A stretch of 64,000 nucleotides of DNA from Haliotis cracherodii (Eukaryota): the NCBI RefSeq assembly GCF_022045235.1, contig NW_027266308.1, positions 22,878,001 to 22,942,000 on the forward strand, in the 5' to 3' direction. The notes beneath the pieces are model-generated. The model did no database searches. It was not told the origin of the DNA and saw nothing but the letters and a program-made list of their open reading frames with translations. Of this stretch, positions 51,890-64,000 are shown piece by piece. Both the position numbers and the translations under genes were made by a program. The first letter of the stretch is position 1; each line of letters opens with the position of its first letter.

Positions 51890-52812
51890 GGGTGCGCCCG
51901 GTTTCCCAACATTTCTTATAACAACAAACCCAGTCAGGCGTAAAACAATAGAGGGATTAGTTTGGGTACACTATTGGTAGGGGTGCTGGTGGGTGAGTTA
52001 AGTTCACCCACCTGCCAGATTGAACCATGTTCACCAATTAGCACTTATGCCAGGCTCTTATAATATCAGTGACCGTGTTCACTAATGTACACTTATGCGT
52101 GTTATGAGTATAGCCGTAACGGAAGTGCCCTTCTCCATGATGTCAGAGATCTCCGATTTACTGACTATGTGACTGAATTTTGGGTGGAGGGCGATCATGG
52201 ACGAAGCACCTGAAATAACCACGACACCGTCGGCCAAAGAACGACCAACCACGTAGAGGGCTGGCACTTCAAGCTCACCTCCATCATGGGCAGTCCCCAC
52301 CCAAACATCTACAGAATTATTGACTTTTTTTAAGAGACAGAACAAGCCTACACCGAGGCCCATATCCTGCAGCTGATCTAAGTATCGACATCTTGAGACC
52401 AGACTTGATGCAGAAAAGAGAAAGTCAGCAATTCAATTTGCAGATGCTGTGGCCAATTTTGTACGTTTGTGATGATCATGAAATGTCATGTCATGTTGGT
52501 TTATTATAAATTGTCGAGTTGTATTTTAATTTGATGTTTAGACATTATAAAGTGTTGTGATATTAGAATATTGATTGTGAAATTCAATCATGTTCATGTG
52601 CTGTGATATGGAAATCATGTGAAATCAAATACGATATAAATATAAAAAATCCAAGACTGCAAGTTTGTTCATACTCCTATCAGTTGAAATCGTAGTGTGT
52701 CCACAGAGCGTCGGTCACCCCTAAACAGACAGTGGGACATACCCACAGGTGTTTATTCATTAATCCCTGCGTTGTTCTAAGTTTTCCAATGTTGGGAAAC
52801 CGGGAGTACACC
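51890..52812 (+). mobile_element. Mutator-like (MULE) internally deleted element
   Basis: TIRs ggtgcgcccggtttcccaacatt / aatgttgggaaaccgggagtacacc with flanking repeat gctaagac(g/a). Internal transposase fragment FTDYVTEFWV...RTTNHVEGWHFKL....PHPNIYRIIDFFK with a stop codon. Confidence 0.85.
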
Positions 52813-53216
52813 GCTAAGACATTATACAACTTGCCATTGCAACCTTTTTGTAAGAGCATATATAATAATTTTTTCCTTTTTCCATTATTATGTTATTTGT
52901 ATCTAAGGTCATACTATGAGGTGTAGCAGTATCACTCGAGGTACATGTGGTTTTGAGCTTCCCGCGTAGGTTTTACGCCACAAGTGTACTCCCGTGTGAC
53001 ACTGCCATAATGATTAATCTTACCGACATGTTTAAATATGACATTGTAAAAGATTTGTAAAAGACTTAGCGAATTAAAACAAATTCAAAATTGATAGAAA
53101 ACAGCTGTTCAATTGAGCTGAGGTTAACTTGTGCTATGTCAGGTAACTATCATTAACTCGGGAAAAGCGTGCGGCTTTTTGCTTCGAGGCGGGGTATACG
53201 GGATATATTCTCCCGC

Positions 53217-53495
53217 TGGGGACACGGGTAGCTCAGTCGTCCGAGGAGCCGCAATTCGCTTTGCAGAGTTGCGTCCCTTGGGTACGCCAGAAACCTATGA
53301 TTGTGGGTTCGAATCCTGATTCGCTCCGATTACGTTCCGCTTTGTCAGCACCATACTCGTGCTCGTGGGTTTCACCGAAGTGGTAAACGTCCAAAACCTG
53401 CATCACTTCGGGCTTTCCTCCCACATTAAGCTGACGCGCCGTGATATAACTGGAATACTGTTAAACGCGGCGTTGAAACAACTCACTCACTCACT
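53217..53495 (+). mobile_element. SINE family D, full length
   Basis: Head with A box and GTGGGTTCGAATCC B box, (ACTC)n tail, flanking tattct(c/a)ccgctg. Confidence 0.87.
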
Positions 53496-53809
53496 ATTCT
53501 ACCGCTGAGTAATGTGTTTCCCTCTAAGATCAGATCATTCTGACAAAGGTATGATATATATATATGCGCCGTTCATCGATATGGTGGGATACCCGTGAAG
53601 ATCCGGGTTAGAATAGGTCTTCAGCAAACCATGCTTGTCGTAACAGGCGACTATATTTGTCGTAAGAGGCGGCTAACGGAATCGGGTGGTCGGGCTCGCT
53701 GACTTGGTTGATGCATTGCATCATACCCCGTTAGCGTAGATCGATGCTCATGATGTCAATCACTGGATTGTCTGGTCCAGACTCCATTATTTACAGATAT
53801 GTATCTGCC

Positions 53810-54042
53810 TCGCAGATATACATGTAGCCCTTTATACAACCGTGTCAGGGTGCCCCGCAGACATACATGTAGGCTATTATACAACCGTGTCAGGGTGCCC
53901 CGCAGACATACATGTAGGCTACAATACAACCGTGACAGGGTGCCCCGCAGACATACATGTAGGCTATTATACAACCGTGACAGGGTGTTCCGCAGACATA
54001 CATGTAGGCTAATATACAACCGTGACAGGGTGTTCCGCAGAG
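53810..54042. repeat. 45-bp minisatellite, about 5 copies
   Basis: Unit ACAACCGTGTCAGGGTGCCCCGCAGACATACATGTAGGCTATTAT. Confidence 0.9.
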
Positions 54043-54049
54043 ATACAAT

Positions 54050-54625
54050 ATATACTGAAACGCAAAAGAAACGTCACCCCAAGTAACATTGCATGAAAAG
54101 TTGTCATTTAAATATCTGGGTAATTTTTGTCAAAGTTTCTAAAATTTAACATTACCTTGTCCGGAAAAATTAAATTTGATAATAAAAAAATAAAGCAGAT
54201 GACAATAAAACCGATCACCCAAACGCATCAAGGCAACGGCCATGGTAACGTGATGTACGTGACTTCCGTGCAAATTGAAATGTACATGCGTTCCCCCATT
54301 TCTTGCCCTATAAAAATCCACCCAGATCGGATAACCTTCATTCGTTATTGAATTGCTACCACATGCCAAGATTGACAAGAAAACAGCGAAACCAAGCCCT
54401 TGGGCGACTGCAAGCTGGACAAACCGCCCGGCAAGTAGGCAGTGCATTTCAAGTCCACGTAAGGGCCATATACAGGCTCCAGCAACGGAAACAGACCACC
54501 AACACTACAGATGACCAACCACGTAACGGAAGACCAACACAGTGGGAAACACAGCACCAGCATTGGCGCTATCAAGAATGGAGAAGAGTCCTCTTCTCAC
54601 ACGAGAGCCGTTACCTAGGTGTATA
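54050..54625 (+). mobile_element. Tc1/mariner remnant (left end plus internally deleted transposase N-terminus)
   Basis: tatactgaaacgcaaaagaaacg terminus. MPRLTRKQRNQALGRLQAGQTARQVGSAFQVH..IYRL HTH, then PRNGRP and WRRVLFSHESRY. Confidence 0.85.
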
Positions 54626-55147
54626 GCAAAGAAGCAAATCTGCCTTTCGTTCACATTGTATCATATATTTTTCAGGTTGTTTCGTCCACTGAAGATGTTG
54701 TCATTATCAATGGAGCGGTTAAGTGTCATATACACGCTGGCAGTCTCTCAACAACAATGTTTCAAAACAATTATAAGCAGCTGTAATAAAAATATATTTA
54801 TTAGTAGGATATATAAAAGTGTTTGTCCTACAATCGTGCTGCTCAGTTGGTTTGTATTCAATCCTGCGCTTGAGAAAGTCGTTGTTGTTGAACACAATGT
54901 GGGTATGACACGGATATGTGATTGAGGTGACAGTTTTCAAGCACCTGAGTGATCTTGATGATGACAGTCAGTCGCAAACTGGGCATAAGTTTCATTTATT
55001 TACTTTTTCAATCTTGTCATTTGATATATGAATATTTACACACCGCCCATATAATCTTCTCTGGCGATCTTAATATACCCCTAATAACCACCAGGTAGGT
55101 AGTTTCATTCTCCCAATGCCATGCCACCAGGATCTGTGACCATACCA

Positions 55148-55345
55148 TCAGGATCGGCGACTTTCCTAATAACATATCAGGATCTGCGACTCTCCTAATA
55201 ACGTCAGGATATGCGGCTATCATAACAACGTCAGGATCTGCGAATCTCCTAATAACATCAGGATCTGCGACTCTCCTAATAACGTCAGGATCTGCGACTC
55301 TCGTAATAACGTCAGGATCTGCGACTATTATGAATAACGTCAGGG
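55148..55345. repeat. 27-bp minisatellite downstream of the caspase-like gene
   Basis: Unit TCAGGATCTGCGACTCTCCTAATAACG, about 7 copies. Confidence 0.9.
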
Positions 55346-55561
55346 TCTGTGATCTGTGATTCCAGTGATATCCCGTGAGTTGTGATTTTCTTAAAGACCT
55401 GGGATCTGGGATTTTACTTATCATCTCAAGGTCTTTGATTGTCCCATACCAGCAAAGTCCACACTCCCTCTAAGACCCGTGAAGATCCGGGGTGGAATAG
55501 GCCTTCAGAAACCCATGCTTTCCGTAAAAGGCGACTAAGCTCCCTCTAATCCCCCACAAAA

Positions 55562-58500
55562 TCATGGATTCTCCTCCCCTAAAGTGTCCGTGGACGCCAG
55601 ACTGGGATAGGGCCACTGTGGATCACTTGTCAGGTACACCTTCTTTGTCAGAGTAAACTGTGGGGCGGGCACCTGTTTATATGATTCCCATTTGTGACCC
55701 AATCGTATCCTTGCTATTTCCTTGTTAACCATCGACAGGCAACTCAAGAGGTCCTGCTGATCACCGTGGCTGTCTAACGTTCTGACCAAAGAAGTGACGA
55801 AATAACTGCCATATTTTGTATTTCTGGCACTGCTGTATCCCTGAACGGTGCTGTGCCCAATGATAATGTCGGCTTCATCAGCAGTTGAAATATCCGATTT
55901 GTCATCCTGAACCAATTCACTCATGAAATTGTCTCCTCTTGATGCTTGGATGAAGAACATTTTGGGTTTGCCTGCTAACGTTGGACACTTTGATGCGTGG
56001 AACATTGACGTAAGATCTTGCACTTTTACTAGTTTACCATCGCTTCCAGCGACACCGTATTCGGTACCATTTGTGAGAATAAAACAAACAAACGCGTCGT
56101 ACTCGCTGTGATCTTGTTCGGCATAGCTCGTTAGTTTGTTCATCATATCGACTGACGTTAAATCTGTTTGTAAATTTATGGTGAACTGGAGTTTAGTGAA
56201 CAATTCACTCAAATTTTCTTCGTCCATGTCCACTCCCCCTCTTCTTGTCGGGAAGCCTTTCTTGAAGCTTTTATTGTTGATAATGACACATATGCCTCTA
56301 GGAACAGCTGTCATCTTGTATTCTGAAACAAAAAACCCACAGAAATATTGCAACAAGGCTTCAAACATTGATACTTCGAAATCTCTGTTTAAAAAAATTG
56401 CCTGTGTAATGTAAAAAAAACCTGTTGGATGTTATCGGAGACAAGCATTTGCACAGTTGGACATAAAACAGAGTCAGTGATTATTGGTGATTTCAGCATC
56501 AGTCCAGAGCTGTCACATGTGTAAACTAAACGGTCGGGTCAAAAAAGTGTAGTCTTAAAAAATGGATTTGACCAAAATATAACCGTGACCAGAACGTTGC
56601 TGGGCTGAAAGGCCCAAAAACAACTCTCATACCCGCATCAAATACATCACCGTCGAATAACCATTCCTTGTTTGTTTCATTTGTAGCCACCATCAAATAT
56701 GGGTGTATACATTCTTTTCCCCGGCAGTTTATAAATAATAAACATTCCAAAACTGTAATGTTCATGTATTGATGTATTATACGCAACTGAACGACAATTT
56801 ACCTTCCTCAAACTTATCTGTTTGGAACGACAGATCACCCATTATATTTTCAATTTCTTCGATCTCAAAAGAATCTGTCAAGCAGCTCTCATATTCACTG
56901 ACACTGCCCTGTGCAGTGAAGACTCTCTCTGGTGTTTCTGGAACACCAGTGTCCTGAACGTCGCGAGTGGGACAAGAACAGTTCAAAGTGTCGCACTCCT
57001 GTTGTTTAAATTCCTTGTGTAGATCAGGATACTTTTTAGCCATGGCAGCAATGATGTCTTTGTCGGGCACCTCCTTCCTAAGCTCTGTCCATTTGGTATT
57101 GTTGGACATTCCAGAACTCTTGAGGTCGCCAAACAGAGGAATTTCTATAATCTTTTGTTGTAGCAAAGGAGTTGCCACTCTTTTGAGCTGTCAGTGTGAA
57201 AACAGATATTTCTTTAGAGACTAAAGGTGTAGTCATGTTTAGATAAATGTAACACTTTTAATAATCACGAAAAACAAATTTCACTATGTACTATATTTTA
57301 TGTATCAGCCGTTCAATAACATTACAGAATCTGTTCAAAATGTTCATCATAATTATTTTAGCTGATGGTCACCTATTTGATGAGGGCCCAGGAGTAGTAT
57401 GTGCTAGATGTTGAGAATAGTGCAGTGAATGGGGATTTTAAAAGTAAATGATAGGGAATTATGGCGACATCTACATTACAAGTGACATAAACGATTTTCT
57501 TGTTGGAAACCTGAATATTGAAACAGTCAATTCCTTTTATACGAATACCTTCCTCACCTGCACATATTTCCTGGCTCTACAGGCCACACACTGTTCATCC
57601 TCATGCTCCTCCTCAAGTCTGTCCAACTCTGAGATCAGCGCCTCCGCTACGTGAGGGTGATCCTTCCTCAGGGCAGGCAGCAGGAGGCGGTGGAAGTCCT
57701 CAAAAGACAGACGCCCCACGATGTAGCTGAAGAACTCCTCGTTCTGACCTCTCCTCGAGTCTTTACCTCTGATACTGTCCTTGTCTGACACGGACATCAC
57801 ATCCGATGCTAGAAGGTCATCAATGATGCTGGATTTGAAGAGTTCAAGGTCACTTGTGAGCAAAGTGTAGCAGTTCCTCAGAGCCTCTCTGTGGATATGA
57901 CTAACCTTTGACCTCTTTTCTGTTAAATGAAAAAACAACAACCCAAAACCAAAGTAATAAGGTATTCATTAGTAATGCGGTATTTATATCATTTGGCACA
58001 TTGTCTCAGTTTAATTCATGTCTTGCTGGTAATGTGATGAATTGACATTTTGCATCTTTCATAAAATAACATTTTCGCAATGACTACTAGGGTTGATACA
58101 TGAGAAAGGCTGCACACGAAAAAGTAGAAAAAATCAACTTCTGAAATCCTTCCTGTTAACCTCTCCACCATGTCTCCACATCTTATAATGACTTTTTTTA
58201 GACACCAGAACCTTGACAAAAAACACATGTCTATGAGTTAGTGGAGGTTAAGATATCAGCTGAATTATCATCTATTCATTAACAGTATTTGATGTAAAAA
58301 ACAAACCAAAGGAGTCTTTTGTGTGGAATCTTGAGTTGATCTGTTTTTCCATCCGGGTTATCGTACTACGCATCGTCTGGGAATTCTGCTCGCCTGTCAC
58401 TTGATGTAGCTTCTGCATATACGTCCTGAACCGCGTCTCCACCTCCGCCAGTGTCTGTGACATCGTCTCCAGCAGGAACTGCTCGACCTCAGACACTCGC

Positions 58501-58577
58501 TCCTCGTCATCGGTCGTCTCCACCAGACTCCGGACAAACTCCTTTGCATAAGGCAAGCGTCTCTTCTCCGTCGTCAT
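55562..58577 (-). CDS. Initiator-type caspase-family protein with CARD-like prodomain; predicted catalytically inactive (about 592 aa)
   Basis: Exons 58307-58577, 57558-57919, 56803-57187, 55562-56322 join in phase with GT-AG junctions. The last exon is a peptidase C14 domain (PRGICVIINN, FVCFILTNG, CPTLAGKPKMFFIQASRG, ADIIIGHST..GYSSARN..GSYFV, KQVP). Exon 2 has a CARD-like pattern (HREALRN..L..DL....IIDDLLA.DV...DKD.I). Confidence 0.88.
56527..56733. mobile_element. TA-flanked MITE family (other copies at 1-190 and about 4027-4718)
   Basis: Shared internal sequence and terminus gtatac(a/t)ttcttt(t)(c/g)ccggcagtttata among three loci; inverted terminus at about 4027-4050. Confidence 0.7.
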
Positions 58578-58932
58578 CTTGGTGCCTATCTTAAATAGAT
58601 GTGAGGATAGACATCAATATATCTACAGTCACAGGCTAACATAGAACACGTGCAGGGCAGGACGTGCTTACCCTTTTCGCGAACATTTAGTTTCAACATT
58701 CATATAATTTTCACCGGTATTTTGTCTATCACGCACGATGGCATTGGGACTGGTTATTCTTGCGTTGGCGTTTCATATTTCTGTTGTACTTGCAGCCAAC
58801 CAGTGCATTATCTAACCAGTAGGTTAGGAGAAGCAATCAAACCTGACACCGCGGATGCTCTATAACCATTAAATTGATTTATAATTGATGAAATCAGGTT
58901 TAAGAACTAGTAAGTTATAAACGGTTTGTCAG

Positions 58933-59158
58933 CCAACAATCCCATTACTACAAGTGGAAAATACCCAACAATCCCATTACTATAGGTGGAAAACGCCCAA
59001 CAATCCCATTACTACAAGTGGAAAATGCCCAACAATCCCATTACTACAGGTGGAAAACGCCCAACAATCCCATTACTACAGGTGGAAAATGCCCAACAAT
59101 CCCATTACTACAAGTGGAAAATGCCCAACAATCCCATTACTACAGGTGGAAAACGCCC
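58933..59158. repeat. 32-bp minisatellite upstream of the caspase-like gene
   Basis: Unit CCAACAATCCCATTACTACAAGTGGAAAATGC, about 7 copies. Confidence 0.92.
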
Positions 59159-60684
59159 GAGGATGATTTATATATATACGTCGATAACATAACGTGAGTT
59201 AACGGTTATATAACAGGTCAAATACCAACATTTGCTTGAATCATATCGATCGTAATGTAAAGATTAAAACAATCGATAAGTTTAAGGCTGGCATATTATG
59301 TCGGCGACATCAAGAGTAGAAATACTCAATGTAACTATGCCAGCTGTCTTGACCTTAGCCCAACTGACAAGCAAGCCCAGATTTACACTTCCGTGTGTAA
59401 ACTAGGCGAAATCGATAGGTATATATAGTTGTGAGGTAAGGCTTTATAGTAATGGACACGAAGATAGGGCTGGGAACAAAACATAAGGGATGGGATTGTG
59501 TTTTACTACATATATGCATACGGGCATATTTATTTTCTCATACTAGATCAACCTTACAGTTCGAATTTCCCTTTGTCATCACAGCTAAGTAGAACACCAA
59601 CTACCCTGTCCGGCCCAGTTTCTGCAAGTGGAGAATGTATGCATACATTCGTCTACAGAGTGTATTAATACAAATTAAGTGAGACATGCGTGTATGCGTT
59701 ATGCTGTTGTTCTGTTTCATGGTACACAACGTCCTCACTGCAAGTGCTGGGCGAGTACTCGCGAGTTAGGAACATGGCGATCAGCGATTAATACTCACAC
59801 TGTCAGTTTCACGGATCTGTGCTGAGTAAACCAGGACCCAAGGACACGATGACACGAGGACAGCTCAGCTGGAAGAACACACACACGTGTAACTTTCACC
59901 ATGGGTCGTGGGCTATTAAGATGCATGCAGACTTTCCATTTAGCGCTAGGCATACCCCATGACTTGTGCGCTCAGTGAGCGCAGATTATATAGGTCAGAG
60001 GACAAGGGTGTATATCTATTTAAAGAACGGTTTACGTGTGGACCAGTGTCGCTTCAGCTGTTGTGGTATGCGGTTTTCGCTGCGTCAAAGTTCCGCTTCA
60101 ACGCTTTGCAAAGTCATGTTTATTAACAGTGTACTTGCATCGCGATGCCTGTCGGAATACTGCTCCATCGTACCTCTATTATTGGTATCCTAGCAACATA
60201 GTCTCATTTGGTGAGTATATCTACCACGGTAACACAGGCCATAGTGGTGCTCCAAGGCTGTACTGAATACTAAGTCCATGGGTGTATATAATTCTGTCCT
60301 TATAATAGTCAAGTGCAGATTAGAGGACAGCACAGACTAGTAAAATCCAGTTTAACCTACCGGCTGCAAGGTCAAAACCTGACATAACCAGCTGAAATGT
60401 CTGTGCCCCCCTATCCCCCGCCATGGATGCTGCCACCATCCTCCTTGCCCTGTCTGATTAATAATGACCATAGATGGCTGGGGGTATTATTTCCCAACTT
60501 TAACTTGGCAGGTAAAACTGTGCTTTGAGGGTTACTAGGGGCACGAGGTGGAGATAAAATGAACATAATTGTGCACATCACACTCAAGCAATGAACTCAG
60601 ATACACACTAGAAGTTCTTATCTAACGATACTTGACAGTAAAGCAGTATGCATGCATCACACCACATTTTCTGCATGCTGTTCA

Positions 60685-60951
60685 CCCCCGTGAAGATTCC
60701 GGGGTAGAATAGGTCTTCAGCAACCCATGCTGGGCGTAAAAGGCGACTATGCTTGTAAGAGGCGACTAACGGGATCGGGTGGTCAGGCTCGCTGACTTTG
60801 TTGATGCATGCCATCGTATCCCAATTGCGTGGATCGATGCTCATGGTGTCAATCACTGGATTGTCTGGTCCAGACTCGATTATTTACAGACCGCCCTCAT
60901 ATAGCTGGAATATTGCTGCGTGCGGCGTTAAACAACAAACAAACAAACAAA
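60685..60951 (+). mobile_element. SINE family C, full length
   Basis: Complete head, body and (AAAC)n tail. Confidence 0.88.
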
Positions 60952-62239
60952 GCATGTGTGTTCATATGATAAAACTATACCTGACAACACAGCCCCCGTT
61001 TTCCACCCATCAGTTTATTTCTTCACACGTGAGACCATTTTTGAGTTGGATTCCATTCTGTGTATAAACAGTTTGTATCAGTGCTCATATGTTTGTAATG
61101 ATTTGTCCAATAGCCATATGTCAATAATTGCTATTGTGGAATGTAATTATAGAACATACTATTCACAAGGCAATGGAATGTGGTATTCAAAAACAAGGAC
61201 GCCGGTCTCTTATAGGGACGACTTGTTCTTCTTATTTATATGATCTAGACATTATGATTTAAACTAACCATTTTTGCCTTAGAGACTTGTGCAAGTTTAC
61301 ACAGGCCACATATACACACTGCAGTGTATGTCTTAACGCGCGCATAAACCTTCAAACAAAAGGACCCTGCGGACCATTGTCAATATTCGACTGCAGTCAT
61401 CAAAGTTATTCATAGTTATGATTCAATTATGAAATTTTCAGTTGATCTTATCAATATTTATTTAATGATTTATGACCAGGGCTAGCCAAGTCATCTCAGG
61501 CACTGCACTTCGCGGCGCGAGTTGCGTCCCTTGTGCGTACCAGAAACCTGTGACCGTGGGTACGAATCTTAGATTCGTCATGATTATATTTCTAGGTTTG
61601 ACAGCACCATGCTCGTGGGTTTCACCAGAGGGGTAAACGCCTGAGACCTGCTTCAATTCGAATGCGTTAACATTCTGGGGATGAGATTTTCGCAGACAAT
61701 ACATCTGAGTTTGGTCTTTTCTCTCTGCCATATTGAAGCTTTGACAGGTCCTTTGTTTGAAAGTTTGGATTTGCTAGCTAGTTCTTACCAAGGGGTTATA
61801 TAAAACACAATACTTGCCCAGGTACCCAATCTGTTTTAGTGATCCTCCCTGGTTTTCTAACTTTCTCACAGCTGACACATCCGTGATATAACTGGAATAC
61901 TCTTCAAGGAGGAGTAAACCTCAATTATTCATTTAATTTATTTAATACTGAGATATAGCTATCAAGGAGAATTTAATCATAACACAAAACCTCCTTCTAA
62001 ACCCTTCTACTATGTCTCCTGTATATACTTGTTATTCACATTTTTCAATGAACGTCAACTTCAACGTTACCAATTTATTCATTTCTATGGGTTTTTTTGA
62101 GGTTAGGATACCAGATGATTTATAATTTCATTTCACCAGGATCGAAAACAAACACCAAATGCCCATCGCATACCGTATCTACTGCATATCTCCTGGTCGA
62201 AGAGCGTGTGTGGGTCAGGCATGTTGTTACACTTCAAGA

Positions 62240-63050
62240 ATCTGGTGTGATGTACCCTGTGTGTAAGCCCATGTACCCCGCGCCTTCAGGCTCACACACA
62301 GGGTACATCACACCAGAGTCTGTCGTACCGACATTCATTCATACGGTTCCGAAATATATGTAAGCAGTTTCGCTGAGTTTGCAAAACTCCAAGTGACGAC
62401 GCAAACGAACCGACTTAATTCCCTTTACCCAATGCATTCGGAAAAACATCGGTTCATTTCAGAAACTATACTTATGCGAGATAAGCAAGTTGCCAAAAAA
62501 TTGTTTCGAATAACTCAGCAGGCTACATGAAATTTGTACCTGTAAGCGGGCTACATGGAAAATAACTGCACGCTCCTTAACCAATCAGAAACTACTAGTT
62601 TAATGTAAGGTAATATAATATAAGTTGTCAACCGATCTCGAGGGGTATATGGTGTGATGTACCCTGTGTGTTAGCCTATGTACCCTGTGTGTCGGGCGAT
62701 GGGTACATAGGCTCACACAAGGGTACATCACGCCATATGCCCCGAGGGATCAGATGACAACGAATTTATCTTACCGACACTCATCAACATGTGCGGAATA
62801 CATATCCTTCAGTAAAAAAACAACCCGAAGGGAAGACGACGCAAAACGAACCGAGTAACTTCTCTTTACCAAATACATTCGGATTCACACAGCTTCATTT
62901 CAACTCAACACTACATATTCGAGATATAAAAGTTACCTGAGATGTGTTCCGATTGAATTCACAGCGGGCTGCATGAGCGGGCTACAAAGAAAATAATTGT
63001 CCGCTTCTTAACCATTCAGAAGACACTATTTTACTGTAAGGTGAGATAAA
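62240..63050. repeat. Two adjacent copies of an approximately 400-bp element with a central long hairpin
   Basis: GGTGTGATGTACCCTGTGTG...CACACAGGGTACATCACACC at 62245-62315 and a related hairpin at 62637-62746; both units end ttaacca(a/t)tcagaa...tgtaaggt. Confidence 0.7.
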
Positions 63051-64000
63051 TAACTATATCTCCTTGGCGAAGATTATATGTTTGTGAATGAGTTGAACAG
63101 CTATACTGCAGAACATCTTTTTGTACAAGTTGTAAGGGGCCTCTCCAGCACTTGCAATTGCGATTGCACAACTTGGATGTTTGGAATCGCATGTAAATAT
63201 GAAAACGATGCCTAAGTAACAAATCGCCACTCCGTCCATAACACTCGGTTAACACAAGATAGTATTTCAAGCAAAATAGCCTCGTGAAGATCCGGGTTAG
63301 AATATTTCGTGTCTCGATCACAGCGCCACCAGTGTCCAATCAGATTCCATCTCTCATTTCACTTGCATTTTCCTCAAACAAAATGGCGGCGCTCAGTCAA
63401 GAAGATCCGATCGATAATCAGGATCTTTATTGCAAGAAAATGGAAGTACATGAAATCACTTGAGCACCTTGATTAAAAGCATAAAAAAATTGGAAAACAT
63501 CGCAGGGTTGTGTGTGTTGCTGGGATATTTTCGAAAAACATTGTCCCTTAGAATGCTTGAAAAAAAATATTTAGGCTCGTAGTCTCTATATAAAAAATCG
63601 CGTTTATCAGGTGTGGCTGAAAAAATAGCTGGTGTCCATACAAAATCCCCTATAAAACTGAACGACAAGAGGTATGACTGCAACTTTCCAATAGTCAACT
63701 TTCCTTTTTGTCGAGCACTATTCCAGCTGCTCCAGCCTTTCGTGTCTACATTTCACATCTTTTGAGGTACAATCGAGCATGCTCTTTCTGCGAAGATTTC
63801 AAAGAGAGCCATAGGACATACGAATAAACCTGTTTGATTAGGGCTACAGCATTCAATATCTCAGTAAAGCTATCAAAACCTGTTATAGTGGACATGTAGA
63901 GGACAATTCCAAATTTGACGCATCAGTGACCAAAATGATGTCCGATGGAATTTCATATTTTGCCTTACATATCAATATATATCCTGGGTAAATATCATAT

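Overview
Eukaryotic, repeat-rich animal DNA with GT-AG introns. The SINE/MITE repertoire suggests a mollusc, possibly a gastropod (inference). There is one N gap at 10360-10511. All supportable protein genes lie on the minus strand. They are (i) two long single-ORF genes of unknown function (5397-6725, 12546-14021); (ii) three tandem 8-exon paralogs of galactose mutarotase/aldose 1-epimerase (GALM-A 16265-25332, GALM-B 26871-31678, GALM-C 39652-49678; each reconstructs to 342 codons plus stop); and (iii) a 4-exon CARD-containing caspase-family gene (55562-58577) whose catalytic His and Cys are both replaced (LTNG, QASRG). The most striking structure is a 33-bp minisatellite made of the last 27 nt of exon 7 plus the 5' splice site, expanded at the start of intron 7 in all three GALM copies. 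In GALM-A the functional donor position now carries an array-type GT>AT variant, and its exon 7 is identical to that of GALM-C. The rest of the window holds four SINE families with related 3' tails, Mutator/hAT/Tc1-type DNA elements, LINE fragments and several minisatellites. All coordinates and comparisons were made by eye.
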